From assembly GCF_037042905.1 (NCBI RefSeq), contig NC_087251.1, positions 22,446,001 through 22,510,000 of the forward strand: DNA of 64,000 bases. Direction: 5' to 3'. The position numbers and the translations under genes are program-made. Under the pieces are notes generated by a model. That model was not told where the DNA came from and made no database searches. It saw only the letters and a list, made by a program, of their open reading frames with translations. Positions 12,329 to 30,676 of the stretch are shown here, piece after piece. Source of the DNA: Lytechinus pictus (Eukaryota). The first letter of the stretch is position 1. Each line of letters opens with the position of its first letter.

Positions 12329-14077
12329 GCATAACAAGGGTCGGTTGTACAGGGGGGGCTCCGTGCCATGGGAACGTTTTTTTTTGGTCACCGGGTTGAT
12401 GGTTGGCTAATATTGGGTATAATGGCGACCAGTCATATTTGACTAGTACCGCCAACTCGTTACTATTTTTTCCCCTTCTTTCTTTTCGTTTCATTTTAAT
12501 TTCTCCTCCTTTCTTTCCTTTTCTTTTCCTCGATATTTCTTCTTTTTTTGTGTGTTTTGTTCTTATTATTATTAAATAAAACAAATTTTCATCTTTCCAC
12601 AATCAATTTTGTTTGTACTTTGTGAGCTTTCGCTAACTCGTTTCTGCACAGCTAGGCTTCTTCAGATTAGCGCTGACTCGCCGTAGATGGGGGTAGTTTC
12701 GGCAGCGTGGCAGTCCGTGAGAGGTAAAAACAAAATTGATTATGGAAAGATGAAAATTCGATTTATTTGAGTTCCACCAATCAGATGAATCTCTTTACGG
12801 TCTTATTCTTATTATTATTATCATCATAAAAAATACTATTATATCTTACAGGTTACCCGTCTCCTGTCCCTTCTTCGACACCGTCCAGACATCGTCCTGT
12901 CTCTCCAATGAAGACAGGGGGCTCCCTTTGGGATACTTCAATTATCTTGAAACTCGGAAAAAAAACTGAGGAATCTTTTCCAGTGGAAATGATTTCCGCA
13001 TACTTTCGCATGCATACAATAATGTAAGTTTTTTGGCAAACTAAATATGATAAACTTTAATATGGAGTACTTTCATTGAATAGCTCGATATTTATGGGGG
13101 CAACTAAAATAAGGACTTGAATTAAAATGATGCAAATTTTATTGTTAAATCGAAGAAGAACTTTTTTTCCTCTCTTTTCTTCTCTTTTATTCCACTAATA
13201 ACTTGGTAAGATGGAACATCAAACCTGACTCAATAGTACTATGATTCTTAAAATGAAGGGGAGGGGGGGGGGGGGTAATAATGATGATAATAATTATTTG
13301 GTATATGCAATTTATAAAGTGTGTGGGGATGTGGGAGTTTGTACAATATAAACATGTATATATCTATGCTTTATAATGACCTATTTCTGGGGATGTTTTC
13401 TTACATTTTACCCATCATCCGAAAGCGTCATATTACCATGGACTGCTGGCTGTTATTCATTCAAGCTTTTTTCTTACGATAGCTGTGCCTGTTTATATAT
13501 TATGTCTAATCTATTGTTATTATTATGTAAATGTGGCTTGTAATTTGACCAATAATTTTGTATTTAAAAAAATCATTATAGTGAACTTGTTATCAATGAA
13601 TGCAGAAGAAACACCTGTATTGTAAGAAGTTCCCGTTCGGTTAATTACATTCCAGTTGTGTGTTCGGGGTAAGGGGGCGTCCCTGTTATGTCTGAAAATG
13701 AGCCCGGTTAGTTTTTTTTTAGTGAATGAGACCGAAAACACACGTCCCCACTTTGGCGTTAATGATAACGAGTCCCGGATTTTCAAATTACATGGCTGTG
13801 TGGGTACGTGGTGTGATATTGTATGTGTGTATCTGCATAACCCGGTGCATATTGGGTTTTGGTCAGACGTGTATTAATCAGTTATGGTTATTTACGTCTG
13901 GGTCCGACCTTCAACGTCACCATCCGAAAGACTTGACAAGGGCTCGAACCTCGAACCTCTGCATCAATTTGTAACTTTGCTTAATTTTAATGTATACTCA
14001 ATAATGATTTCTTACAATGCAGGGACAATTATAATCGATATCGATATCTTTTATTTCAAGAATAGCATTCCATACCT

Positions 14078-14230
14078 TGGCCGAGCGTTCATAGGCGCCT
14101 ACTAGATACATGAAAATCCGGGGTTCGATCCCCGGTCACGGCAGGTATATGCCGATGAGCTTATCGTAATTATACATTCAAAATAATGAATATGCTTTAC
14201 CCATTCTTGGTAACTATGTGTGCATGTTCC
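14078..14230 (+). mobile_element. Degenerate tRNA-derived SINE (same family as 23681-23848)
   Basis: TGGCCGAGCG...TCCGGGGTTCGATCCCCGG...TATGCC head shared with the 23681 copy. Confidence 0.6.
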
Positions 14231-14459
14231 CTATTCTGCTGACCACCTATTAGTTTATGGTCAAAATGATGATAGGACAAGGACGAGGATGATGATGATG
14301 GTTGATTGTAGAGATAATGAAAAGATGACGACTGCAATGATGATGACTAAGATAATAATGGTGATAAGAATGAAATGATGCTGATGACAATGGTGGTGGT
14401 GATAATGATGATGAGACAGTATTGATTACGGTGATGATACTAACCCTATGTATAATTAA

Positions 14460-14950
14460 AGGGCTAGTTCATCCTAACGAAAAGTTTGCTGTAGAAACAG
14501 CAGAAAAAAATAATGTAAAAATATTGGTGAAGGTATGAAAAAATCTTTCAAATAATTATGAAAAAAGTTATTGGAGAATTTTGACGTTTTTGATTTGTGA
14601 AGTCAGATACGAGCAGCTTTCCCATATGTTATGTAATATAAAATAATAAATTTCATTTTTGTAATGATTCATGATGACTTATTTCTTTTTACTTTATAGG
14701 AGTGGGTGTAAAATTTTTCTATTAAAATATTGAAGGTATGATAACCAAAAAAAAATCAATTTTTTGAGAAAATGAGATTTCATACGATGTCTAGAAAAGC
14801 TGCTCGCATATGACGTCACAAATCGAATAATTAAAATTCTGATAACTTTATTTCTTATTCGATGGATTTTGTTCAAACCTTTGCTAATATTGTTAAATAT
14901 TTTTTCAGCTTTTTTTTACAATAAACTTTTTGCCAGGTTAAACTTCCCCT
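14460..14950. mobile_element. TTAA-flanked non-autonomous DNA transposon (Kolobok-type)
   Basis: TTAA|AGGGCTAGTTCA...AACTTCCCCT|TTAA; interior resembles 24410-24835 and 63050-63643. Confidence 0.75.
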
Positions 14951-15012
14951 TTAAGCCAATGAAAAGTATGATGATACATGTATAAGTATGATGATTAAGA
15001 TTATAGGATGGC

Positions 15013-15626
15013 TTGCTTAGTCATCTTCAAACTTGGCTCATATGGGATTTAATATAATCTAATTACATTTGGGGTCACAAGGTCGAAGGTTAAAGTGGTC
15101 ATTTCAAATATTTGAACATTTTATAATCTGGATGTGTTTCATATTTCTGATCTGACAATGGCCTTTTTTATTTTGGTTGACTTTGTGTATTATTTTTAAA
15201 GCAAATTCATCTTTGATTTTCTTTAAAAATTGCAATTAAAAATAACTATTAGACTGACAAATTTCAAAGTTAAGCGTATGTTAATGTGTGCTTGAACAAT
15301 TTACATGTACAGATTTTCTTATGGCAATGACAATAATTTTCAATTTTTTTTAGGGTTAAAGTTCAAAGAAAAAGTGTCTTGTAGGTTATTGTAATCCATG
15401 TTTATGACAATAACTTGTTCTCATGTTTCATTTGATGAATCACAGGTAAAATCTGTTGTACATAATTTCTTAAAATGTTGTTATTTTATCTTAATTTCAA
15501 TGTAGCTGTTTTTGTAATGCGTCTTCTGTACTCATTTACATGAGCCCAATTCAGCCATTGGGCTCATGAATTGAATTTATGATTAAATAAAATGAAAAAA
15601 AAATAATAAAAAAAAAATTAAAAAAA
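15013..15626 (+). mobile_element. Retroposed insertion (truncated LINE-like 3' end, chimeric) with A-rich tail
   Basis: Perfect 13-bp TSD ATTATAGGATGGC (15000-15012, 15627-15639); terminal 12-bp hairpin, AATAAA and A-rich tail. Confidence 0.75.
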
Positions 15627-16110
15627 ATTATAGGATGGCGATGAGGAGCTTGTTGATTGCGCTGATTATTCTGGTGTTGACGATGAAGGAAATGACACAG
15701 AGTATGATGGTGATGGTGATGATGGTGTTGATGAATTGCTTTGATTTAATATAGGCATATCAACATTATTTTAAAGGGTTAAACGGGCCACTCATCAAAA
15801 GGTGATTGGACACTTATCATTAAAAAAAAACCCAGTTAAGTCTACAAAAGTGGCCAGTTTCATAAAAAAGTACCGAAGCTTGAGATGGCGAGATAAGTTA
15901 TCTAGCCAAGTCGACATGGCATAGGAAACTCTATGATGAGAATTAATCCATCTTATGATTTTTTTACAATAGACAAGAAGATGAACGATTTCGACAATAA
16001 TTGAAATATGCATATTTTACCGGCTTTATACGAGTATGATTTCGTGTACGCAAAATATCCACTACACATATAGATTTTGGATGATGTTCGACTCGGCTAA
16101 ATAACCCTAA

Positions 16111-16956
16111 AGGCCACCGCACACCTTACGACCCGACCAGTCGCCGACTGGCTTGCGACTGGGTGAGGGGAGATGTGACGTCATAGCTCTTGCCAGCTTG
16201 AGCGTCGCAGACCGGTCAGAGACAAGTCGCAAGGAAAATCGGAAGGATTTGACATGTCGAATCCTTATGACTGGATCGCAAGCTCAATCCAACCTCCAGC
16301 CAATCAGACAGCAGAGTTGCATATAACGCGTATTATGATAAACAACGCGCATACGCAGTATTGAGCGCAATTTCTCAGATGCTATGCCAAAAAGCAAAAA
16401 GCGCATGCGTGAGTCGCAGATCGGATCGCAAGGTGTGCGGTGTCGAGGCTTATGACTGCCTTGCGATTCATCTCCCCTCACTGAGTCGCAAGCCAGTCGG
16501 CGACCGGTCGGGTCGTAAAGGCCACCGCACACCTTACGACCCGACCAGTCGCCGACTGGCTTGCGACTGAGTGAGGGGAGATGTGACGTCACAGCGCATG
16601 TCAGCTTCAGAGTCGCAGACCGGTCAGAGACAAGTCGCAAGGAAAATCGGAAGGATTTGACATGTCGAATCCTTATGACTGGATCGCAAGCTCAATCCAA
16701 CTTCCAGCCAATCAGACAGCAGAGTTGCATAACGCGTATTATGATAAACAACGCGCATACGCAGTAGTAAGCGCAATTTCTCAGATGCTATGCCAAAAAG
16801 CAAAAAGCGCATGCGTGAGTCGCAGATCGGATCGCAAGGTGTGCGGTGTCGAGGCTTATGACTGCCTTGCGATTCATCTCCCTCACTCAGTCGCAAGCCA
16901 GTCGCCGACCAGTCGGGTCGTAAGGTGTGCGGTGGCCTTAAGGTGTGCGTTGGCCT
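16111..16956. mobile_element. PIF/Harbinger-type MITE A (TIR AGGCCACCGCACACCTTACGAC) carrying a second copy in its right TIR
   Basis: TAA at 16108-16110 and 16957-16959; right TIR split into ...GTCG and GGTGTGCGTTGGCCT by the inserted copy. Confidence 0.9.
16519..16938. mobile_element. PIF/Harbinger-type MITE B, intact copy of the same family nested in A
   Basis: Perfect TIRs AGGCCACCGCACACCTTACGACCCGAC / GTCGGGTCGTAAGGTGTGCGGTGGCCT; TAA TSD at 16516-16518 and 16939-16941. Confidence 0.92.
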
Positions 16957-16959
16957 TAA

Positions 16960-18134
16960 AGCCCCTTTCACAATTGACGTACGACCTGTTTACGACCGCC
17001 TGCAACAGATTTTTCTTGTTGTTGCACGATCGATCTCTTGGTGTCTTGCGAGCACTCGCAGTGGTTGTAGACGAACGCACGAATTTGAGGTGGTCGGAGG
17101 TGGTCGTGACTGGTCGCATCTGAATCTGAACATGTTCAAAATCCAAACGCGATCAAATACGATTGGTTTACTCGCATCAGGTCGTACCATCGGTCGGGCG
17201 ATCATCGTGTGAGTGTTGTTCAACGTTGTACGACTTGGTGCGAGAGGTGACACAACTACGTATAGTCGCATTTAGTCGACTGGAGGTCGTACAACACTTG
17301 CACATGCGCTAGATACCTACAGAGACCAGTCTTGCGACTGGTTGCGATAATATAAGACTGTTGCAAGACCGATCGAAATTACGGCTTACAACATTCCACT
17401 ACCGTTGCATTCGCATGTATGCGACCGTACAGCCCCTTTCACAATTGACATCCGACCAGTTTACGACCGCCTGCAACAGTTTTTTTCTGCTGTTGCACGA
17501 TCGATCTCTTGGTGACTTGCGAGCACTCGCAGTCGTTGTAGACGGTCGCACGAACTCGAGGTGGTCGTGACTGGTCACATCTGAACTTTGAACATGTTCA
17601 AAATCCGAACGCGATCAAATACGACCGATTCACTCGCATCAGCTCGTATCCGGGGTCGTACCATCGGTCGGGCGATCATCGTGGGAGTGTTGTTCAACGT
17701 TGCACGACTTGGTGCGAGAGGTGGCACAACTAAGTAGTCGCATTTACTCGACTGGAGGTCGTACAACACTTGCACATGTGCTAGCGACCTACATGTACAG
17801 AGACCTGTCTTGCGACTGGGTGCGATAATATGATGTGCCATAAGACTGTTGCAAGACCGATCGCAACGGCTTACAACATTGCACTACCGTTGTGTGCGAC
17901 CGTTCCCCTCGCAATCCCTCGTGCAACACTCGCATGTGATCGCACGAGCACAATAGGATCATAATCGACTTACTCGTGCAACGGGTTTTACTGGTTGTTT
18001 TTGTTGTACGACAGCTGTTGCAACTGTGAAAGCCTATGTGCGATATTATGAGATGACTGGCGATTGATGCCTGTTGCAGCCTGTCGCACGACCAAAAGGT
18101 CGCAAGTGGTCGTACGTCAATTGTGAAAGGGGCT
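16960..18134. mobile_element. PIF/Harbinger-type MITE C (TIR AGCCCCTTTCACAATTGACGTACGACC) with duplicated left ~470 bp
   Basis: 27-bp perfect outer TIRs; TAA flanks at 16957-16959 and 18135-18137; second left end AGCCCCTTTCACAATTGAC at 17431; palindromic TGAACATGTTCA cores. Confidence 0.9.
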
Positions 18135-18646
18135 TAACTTATGTGTACTATTGGTTCATAAAGTAGTAAAAATCTCGCAGAAGACCAGTTGAATTTTACA
18201 TGCAGACTATGATTTTTCAACGATCGTGATGACAAATTTAAATGCTTACATTTTGCTTTTCCATTCAGTCTCAGTCATGATAGTGTAATCCGCGATAACA
18301 ACAATTCAGTATTGTCATTCTGTTTGGTCTCGCATGGGATACCCCGAGTATTATGATAATTATCGAAGCTCATATCGCTTGCTTGGCCGCCATTTCTGTG
18401 TTGCCATGACAGCGTAATTATAAACGATAATTGATGAATGGAGATATGTGTGTATGGATGGGACGCATTCATGAGCGCACAATACTAAATCTGCTTTCAA
18501 AACCAATGCACAGGAAATTAAAGGCTTATAGTTCCGCAGAGTTCCACATGCAAGCTTTTCTCCGCCTCTAACAACCAGACTCGCCGAGATTGGTCGTCAT
18601 TTTCTGTCTTCTGCCGTCAATATCTCACTCCAAAAATTGTAGAAAC

Positions 18647-24220
<5,574 letters not shown>

Positions 24221-24409
24221 ATGCTCAATAATGGAGTCGGAGGAGAGATGGTCAATCCCCTTGATTTACCCAGAATCACAACCCTGACAGTTACTACACA
24301 TCTGACGGGGAAATTACCCAGACAAGTACCACATGTTACATAGACCTAAGGACAACTATATAAATCATATTCATTGCATTCCCGATTGATTTCTCACATT
24401 GGCTTCACA

Positions 24410-24835
24410 TTAAGGGAAAGTTAATCATAAGGTCTAGTTGCTTTTGATAAAAGCAGAACAAATTGAATAAAATATTAATGAATGTTTGGTGAAAATCCAC
24501 TTTAAAAAATAACACATTTATTGATTTTGAATTTTTAAATGTGACGTCATATGCATGCAGCTGACATATATGTTTTCATGAAATTTAAATTCCATTTTCT
24601 TTTTTAATGAAATGATGTGTGTGAATACAATATAATTTAAAAAATGCACAAATTAAATCATTTTCGATTTTTTGAGAAAATGGCATGTTATGGAATACTA
24701 CTCGAATGTGAGGTCACAAACCTCATGAACCTAAAACATGGGCATTCTTTGATGATTTTTTGCTGGGCGTTATGTTTCATTTATTCATCTGCTTTTATTA
24801 CAATTACATAACTTCATATGAGGGTAAACTTCTTC
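24410..24835. mobile_element. Degenerate TTAA-type (Kolobok-like) element downstream of the calmodulin stop
   Basis: TTAAGGGAAAGTTAA start; TGTGACGTCATATG...CAGCT and TTTTTGAGAAAATG blocks shared with 14460-14950; GGGTAAACTTC end. Confidence 0.6.
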
Positions 24836-26445
24836 TACAAATGTAAGTTTAATATTGCGAGGACACAAGCAATCACCTCTATCACATTTCATATGATTCG
24901 ATTAATTGCTATGTTTTAATAGGTCATAACCCTAAATGCTCCTTAGAGGGCATATGTTTAGAGTTGGATTGTAATACTGCTTTTGGTTTGGAATAATGTA
25001 AAGATTAGGATTAGGGTTTATTTAGTTTTGGAGGTTAGGTTTTATATTTGGCTCGACGTGCAGATTTTACATTGGGGCATTGTCGCTGGAGCAAATTTCA
25101 TGGAACCAGTTGAAATATTCATTTTTTTTACTCGTATTGTGTACGAAAAAATGTGTATAATTTATATAAACTGAATGCCCATATTAGATGACTTTCTACT
25201 GAGAAAACATTTCCTAATTGAACCCATAAATATTAATGATAATCATGAGGAAGCTACTTGCATATGAAGTTTTAAATAAACCAATATACCTTTGTTATTC
25301 ATTGATGAATTTCGCTAAACATTTATCATCATAATTTCTCTAATTTCTATTAAAAAAAAAAGAAAACACCAACTTGTCAGGGTCGATTTCCCCATTCATA
25401 TTCAAAAGAGACCTATGATGACGATGTCTCCGGAAGAGAAATTCCAAACATACTTATCATGTAGCACGAGAAAATTTAATGCCCTGCAGGCCCCCGGAAA
25501 AAAAAAATCTCATTTGCGTACCCATGCCCTGCGTGATCTGCAGATGTACAAGAGAAAAGAATGTTCTGGGATTCTGCCCCGGATATGCGATGACCATTTT
25601 TCTTCTACCCTTTTTCGTTGTTTTTCCTTTTTTTTTTGCTTGTCGGATTTTAGGGATGTAAATATGATAGTTTTTGTTATTCTTTCTCATAGCGACAGTG
25701 ACAATGACATAATTTCTTGCCAACGAGAACCTGATTTCTCGAAAAAGGGACATGCCCCCCCCCCCCATTCATGAAAGCCGATTCCCCCTGCACCCTTCCA
25801 ATATTTTAACGTCTGTAACTGTTTATTTCCTATGGCAGTGTTTTTTTTTTCATTATGTACACGCAAGTTCTGAAAGGTGCTTTGTTACTTCTTTATTTAT
25901 AATTAGTAGGACAAGGCATTCAATATTTCACCAAATCCACTGTATTGATGACTATAAAGTGATAAATACATATTTAGCTTTCACACTTGACCAAAAAAAA
26001 CAGGAGAAAATGATTAAATCATACATATTTGAAAGAGTAGAATAAGTGGTTTAGAATTAATTAATTTTATTAATTAATAATCAAATAATTCAAGACCCTT
26101 ACAAAGCATGTGAAATCTAACTGTGATGTATTACGTCTTTCATCATGATAAGAATTGATGTAAATGCCATTTGCAATAATAAAATGACCATTTATGACAT
26201 TGCGAAAAAAAAGATAGTATTCATTGTGATATTATATGTAAATATGTGAAGGTCACTGGTGATTTTGTAACATTGTTTTGGTAATGATGATGACGATGGT
26301 GGTGGAGGTGGTGATGGTGATTACGATGATATCGATGACGAAGAAGAGGATGACGATGATTAAAATGTTGATGAAGATTATGACAGTAGTGGTGTGATGG
26401 CGGTAATGACAATTTTGACATTAGCACAGCTGGTTCCGATTCATA

Positions 26446-26730
26446 CAGTGCGTATCAAAAAAGTTTACACTTTGAAAGAATCCTCTAAAATGATATATTT
26501 GTAATATCCTGAAGGCTTTTACACACTCATATATTGGTACAGGTCTCTATAGGTGAATGATGGTATATGACTGTCGACAGATCTTTCCGCTTGAGTTATT
26601 GAGTTCGTGAAAAATAATAGCATAGCACTAATATACTTTGTCAGAACCCCAGACTGTTAATTACCTCTAAATCAATTCGACATCATGGTCCAGACATTTG
26701 GAATAATCTTGCAGAAAATATTAAATCTTG
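26446..26730 (+). mobile_element. Left end of a Tc1/mariner-type element (truncated)
   Basis: TA|CAGTGCGTATCAAAAAAGTTTACAC terminus; no matching right end found; extent approximate. Confidence 0.45.
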
Positions 26731-28039
26731 TTCCACTTTATCATCTTTAAAATCAACTGTTAAAAGAAATATCATTCGATCTTATTCATCCCAACCTTCA
26801 AATTAATCCTCCACTATAAATTAAATAAAAATATAAATTATACATCTTCTGCACCCGCACCTGCACCTGCATTACACCCACTTGTTCAGTAATTAGCAAT
26901 CATAGTCACGAACCCTTATGAGGCCGCCATCAATTACAAGCTTAACCGCTCACGATGGTGGTCTCCTGCGTTCATTAAATTTTGTTAATGTTCCTTTTTT
27001 TATTATCAAAATGTGAAGTATATGCCCACACCCTTTTTTTCCTTCAAATTATGTATTATGTTTATATTTTGTATATTACAAACAATGTAAATATTTGTGA
27101 TAATGTATTGTGAACGCACAAATAAAAATAAAACAAACAAAACAAAACAAAAGAATTAAGATCCCCTAAACTGGATACAACACAGGAAAACATCACATTC
27201 AGATGGCAATTATAACGTTTTTGGTTTCGCGGCCCCTGGGGCCGTATTCTGAACATTGTCTTTTCTCCATATTTTATCATTTCTTAGAGATTATGACAAA
27301 ATCAGTATTCTGGTGGATGTCATAACTTTTGTCACAAAAAATTGTAATAAATTTCGTCTATTCTCTTTAGCGCGCACCAAAAATACGCAGCTTTAAATGT
27401 GCGTAATCCTTTTATACAAGAAAAAGATATGACCAACGAACGTAGAGGGCAGCAACACACAAGTGACAAGGCCCAGAAGGCCCAGAGTTATCAATAGACA
27501 GAGTGGCGACACGCGCACTGAAAACAGGATACGCGCGGTCAAAGGTCAGCCATTGGGGGCTGATTCTTTGGGCTGATTAGTTCCCTCTGCGCGCACATGC
27601 AATGATTTGGCAATCAAATGCTATAATCATAATTGATTTTCGACAAACTAGCCTAGGTCCGGAAGAAATGATAATGAATCTAATGTAATTTCTTCTCTTT
27701 GGTTTAGAGCTTCATGATAGATCCCCCATTTCGGTTTGTCTGGCATTATCATTAATATTATTCAAGATGAATTCCACTTTTTTATTGAAAATTAATGTGA
27801 TGAATTATAGAGACTTGATTTACTCGATGAATGAAAAATTGAAATAAAGAGGAAAATAGGCAAATAAGGAATATGGGAACACGAAAAATTAACAAGGTGA
27901 TGCTGAAGACATAATGGACTGGAAAACTCGGGGAAAGGGGGCAGCAGGGTGACCAGATTTCACAAAATGAAATACGGGACAATCGACAAAAAAATCAACA
28001 TAGAAGGCTACACAGTGTTATACACTTGTGAAAAAATAT

Positions 28040-28905
28040 GAAGAATGGGAAGGAAGGGTGAACGAAAGAATGAAGGAGAGAAAGAAAATACGAAAGAAGG
28101 AAAAGATATTAATTGAGAATAAAGAAATAAAAAAATGAAGGGGAAAATGAAGGAAAAAATAAAAAAAGTTAGAATAAAAGGATAAAAAATAATAAAAGAG
28201 AGAAAAGGGTTCCGTCATTCTTTGACATGAATATAGAAAGAAAGAAAAGGAAAGGGAGGGAAGATGAACAAATGTGTGAAAGACGAAATAAAGGAAAGAA
28301 AGAAAAAAAAAGCAAGTAAGAAAAAGGAGCGGAAAGAAAGAATGAAGGAAAGATAAATGTTTCCTTCATTCTTTGAAAGAAACAATAAAAGAAGAAAAAC
28401 AGGAAGGGATCGGGAAGCTAGGGAAGGAAGGAAGAAGGATGGAAGGGAAAGAAAGAATAAGGGAAAGGAATTAGAAGGGAAAATATAAAGAATGAAAGAA
28501 TTAGGGAGAAAAGAGAGGGAGGAAAGAATAAAAAAGAGAAAATAATGGAAGGAGAAAAAGAACGAAAAGAAAAAAGGAAAGAAATGGAGAAGAAAGCAAA
28601 GAACAGTTTAAAGAAGGAAAGAAGGAAATAATAGAAAGGAAATTTGATAAAGAATGCAAATAAGAGAAAGAAGGAACGTAAGGAAAATGAACACACAGCG
28701 AGAGAAAGGATCATGAAAGAAAGATAAGAAATAAAGATAGATGGAACAAAAAAGAAAAAGAAACGAAAGAAAAATGAACACACAGCGAGAGAAAGGATCA
28801 TGAAAGAAAGATAAGAAATAAAGATAGATGGAACAAAAAAGTGTCAGCAGCGCGAAGGATAGAATAATGAAGAAAGAAGGATATAAAAGAAAGAAAAGGG
28901 AAAAA
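28040..28905. repeat. Purine-rich (GA/GAA) low-complexity tract with an internal ~87-bp tandem duplication
   Basis: AAATGAACACACAGCGAGAGAAAGGATCATGAAAG...GGAACAAAAAA occurs twice (~28685, ~28772); lies downstream of a CAGGGTGACCAG hAT-like end at ~27945. Confidence 0.85.
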
Positions 28906-29125
28906 TTCAAACTTCCGGCAAACAAAAACAACCATCTGACAAAAATAATAATTATATATGGTGTGTTTTTAATATAATTTTAAAAACTAAAAAAAAAAAA
29001 CTTGCAAAAGTTTAGTAATCGATTATCTGTTGGTTATTTGATGAACATTCGTCACTGTTAAATGTATTAACTACATTTTGTTCTATATACTGAAATACGG
29101 GAAAAATAGACGTCCCGTGAGGGGT

Positions 29126-30324
29126 GGGCCCAACGAACGTAGAGGGCAGCAACACACAAGCGTGTTGCTATAAGGAAGGTCAACTCGATACGCGCATGCA
29201 GCTGAGCTGCGCGCGTATTTTATTGTTCATGCCAACGAAATCAAATGCCGATCAAATACAACAACAAATTAGTAGCGATCAAAAAACGAATATGAAAGAA
29301 TATGACTACAACAATATCAAAGATAACTTAAAAAATATGTTGAGGAATATACATACATATAAAAACATACTTTGATATTTAAAACTTTACAAATATAAGT
29401 TTCAGGAAACTAAAATCATTACCAAATCGGTGATTGTTGTTATCAGCGATTTCACCAGACGGCTGTATTAGGTGATTTGCGTCGAGACGATTTTGTGACC
29501 ACTCGCAAAGCATTTCGGGATTGAATATAACCACCTTATTTTCTCTGAGCTCTTCGCTGAACCCATCATCACAGTGCAGCTGCAGCGCAGCGCGCAGCCA
29601 ATGCAATGCATCCGATGCATGGGTTGTTTTTTCGCCGTCCATGCCATGGTCTCGGACTCAGAGTTGAAATTTAGACCCGGATTTCGGGGATACAGCGCCT
29701 TTATTTCAGATTTATAGACTTAAAAGTCAAATGACATTTAACATTTGAAATCTAACCTTGAACAATCATCGTTGATAAACATCAGCCCTGAAGCCATTAC
29801 ACTTCAAATCAGGCCAGGCAAATTAGACGTCATTGTCTAAGTTGCTAGATCTATGACGAGTCGCCTGAAGCCCCAGCGCATCATCAACGTCACTAGCTAG
29901 CTGCGCGACCGGCCCAGACTCGGCGCATCCAGGCCAGAAAAATGACCTCGATTATTACGGTGGTTGTCTATGCATTTATTAGTGGTGCAGCGAAATTCAG
30001 CAGAAGAAAATAAGAGATATGAGGTATCCTCGTCACAGGCTTAATATTCCAAAATGAGGAAAAATGTCAAAATCATGATTATTTAAGCTAAATATTTTCT
30101 TTAAAAATGTAAGTAATGTTTTTAATATTTATACCCAGAATAACCGATCTAATAATTGTTCATTAAAAAATATTTGAAATTAACAAATGAAAAAAAATCA
30201 ACTCGACAAATTTCCCAAAACCCCACCTTATTTTTTAAAGTGGTCACAAAATTCGAGCGGAGTTGACCTTCCTTAGAGCAACACGCTTGTGTGTTGCTGC
30301 CCTCTACGTTCGTTGGGTGGGCCC
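29126..30324. mobile_element. Non-autonomous TIR element with 58-bp inverted repeats (superfamily unassigned)
   Basis: 29129-29186 CCCAACGAACGTAGAGGGCAGCAACACACAAGCGTGTTGCT(A/C)TAAGGAAGGTCAACTC matches the reverse complement of 30260-30317 with one mismatch; a further end lies at 27433-27463. Confidence 0.85.
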
Positions 30325-30567
30325 TTTGGTCCACTCGATACGCGCATACAAATGAAGTGCGCGAACAATTTGGTAGTCATGCCAACGAGACCATGATCCG
30401 ATACAATACACTCACGGAGTGACAGCAAAATAGAGGTAAACTAATAGATTATGACAATAGTAGATTAAAACAATGAAAACAAAAAATATATAGAAAATTT
30501 AATAATAATGTACCACATTCTTAAAATAATATATCACTAAATCGGTAGGAAGTAATTCCTTAAAAAG

Positions 30568-30676
30568 CTGTGTGCGCTATGAACGCCTAGCTTAGCCGGG
30601 TAATATAGGAGCGCCTTGAGCGCCTAACAAGGTGGATATGTGCGCAATATAAATACCCTATATTATTATATTATCA
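30568..30676 (+). mobile_element. SINE/LINE 3' tail fragment
   Basis: AGCGCCTTGAGCGCC...GTGCGCAATATAAAT...(TAT)n. Confidence 0.6.

Noticed and set aside
16284..17841. Multiple overlapping ORFs (up to 153 aa) as a transposase or gene
   Set aside because: All lie in GC-rich MITEs; no DDE or Myb-like motifs are recognisable.
18280..18300. TAATCC (Otx-type) site upstream of calmodulin as a Spec-like enhancer
   Set aside because: A single hexamer is expected by chance; no clustering.
28018..28931. Phe/Leu/Ser-rich minus-strand ORFs as membrane proteins
   Set aside because: Translation artefacts of the GA-rich low-complexity tract.
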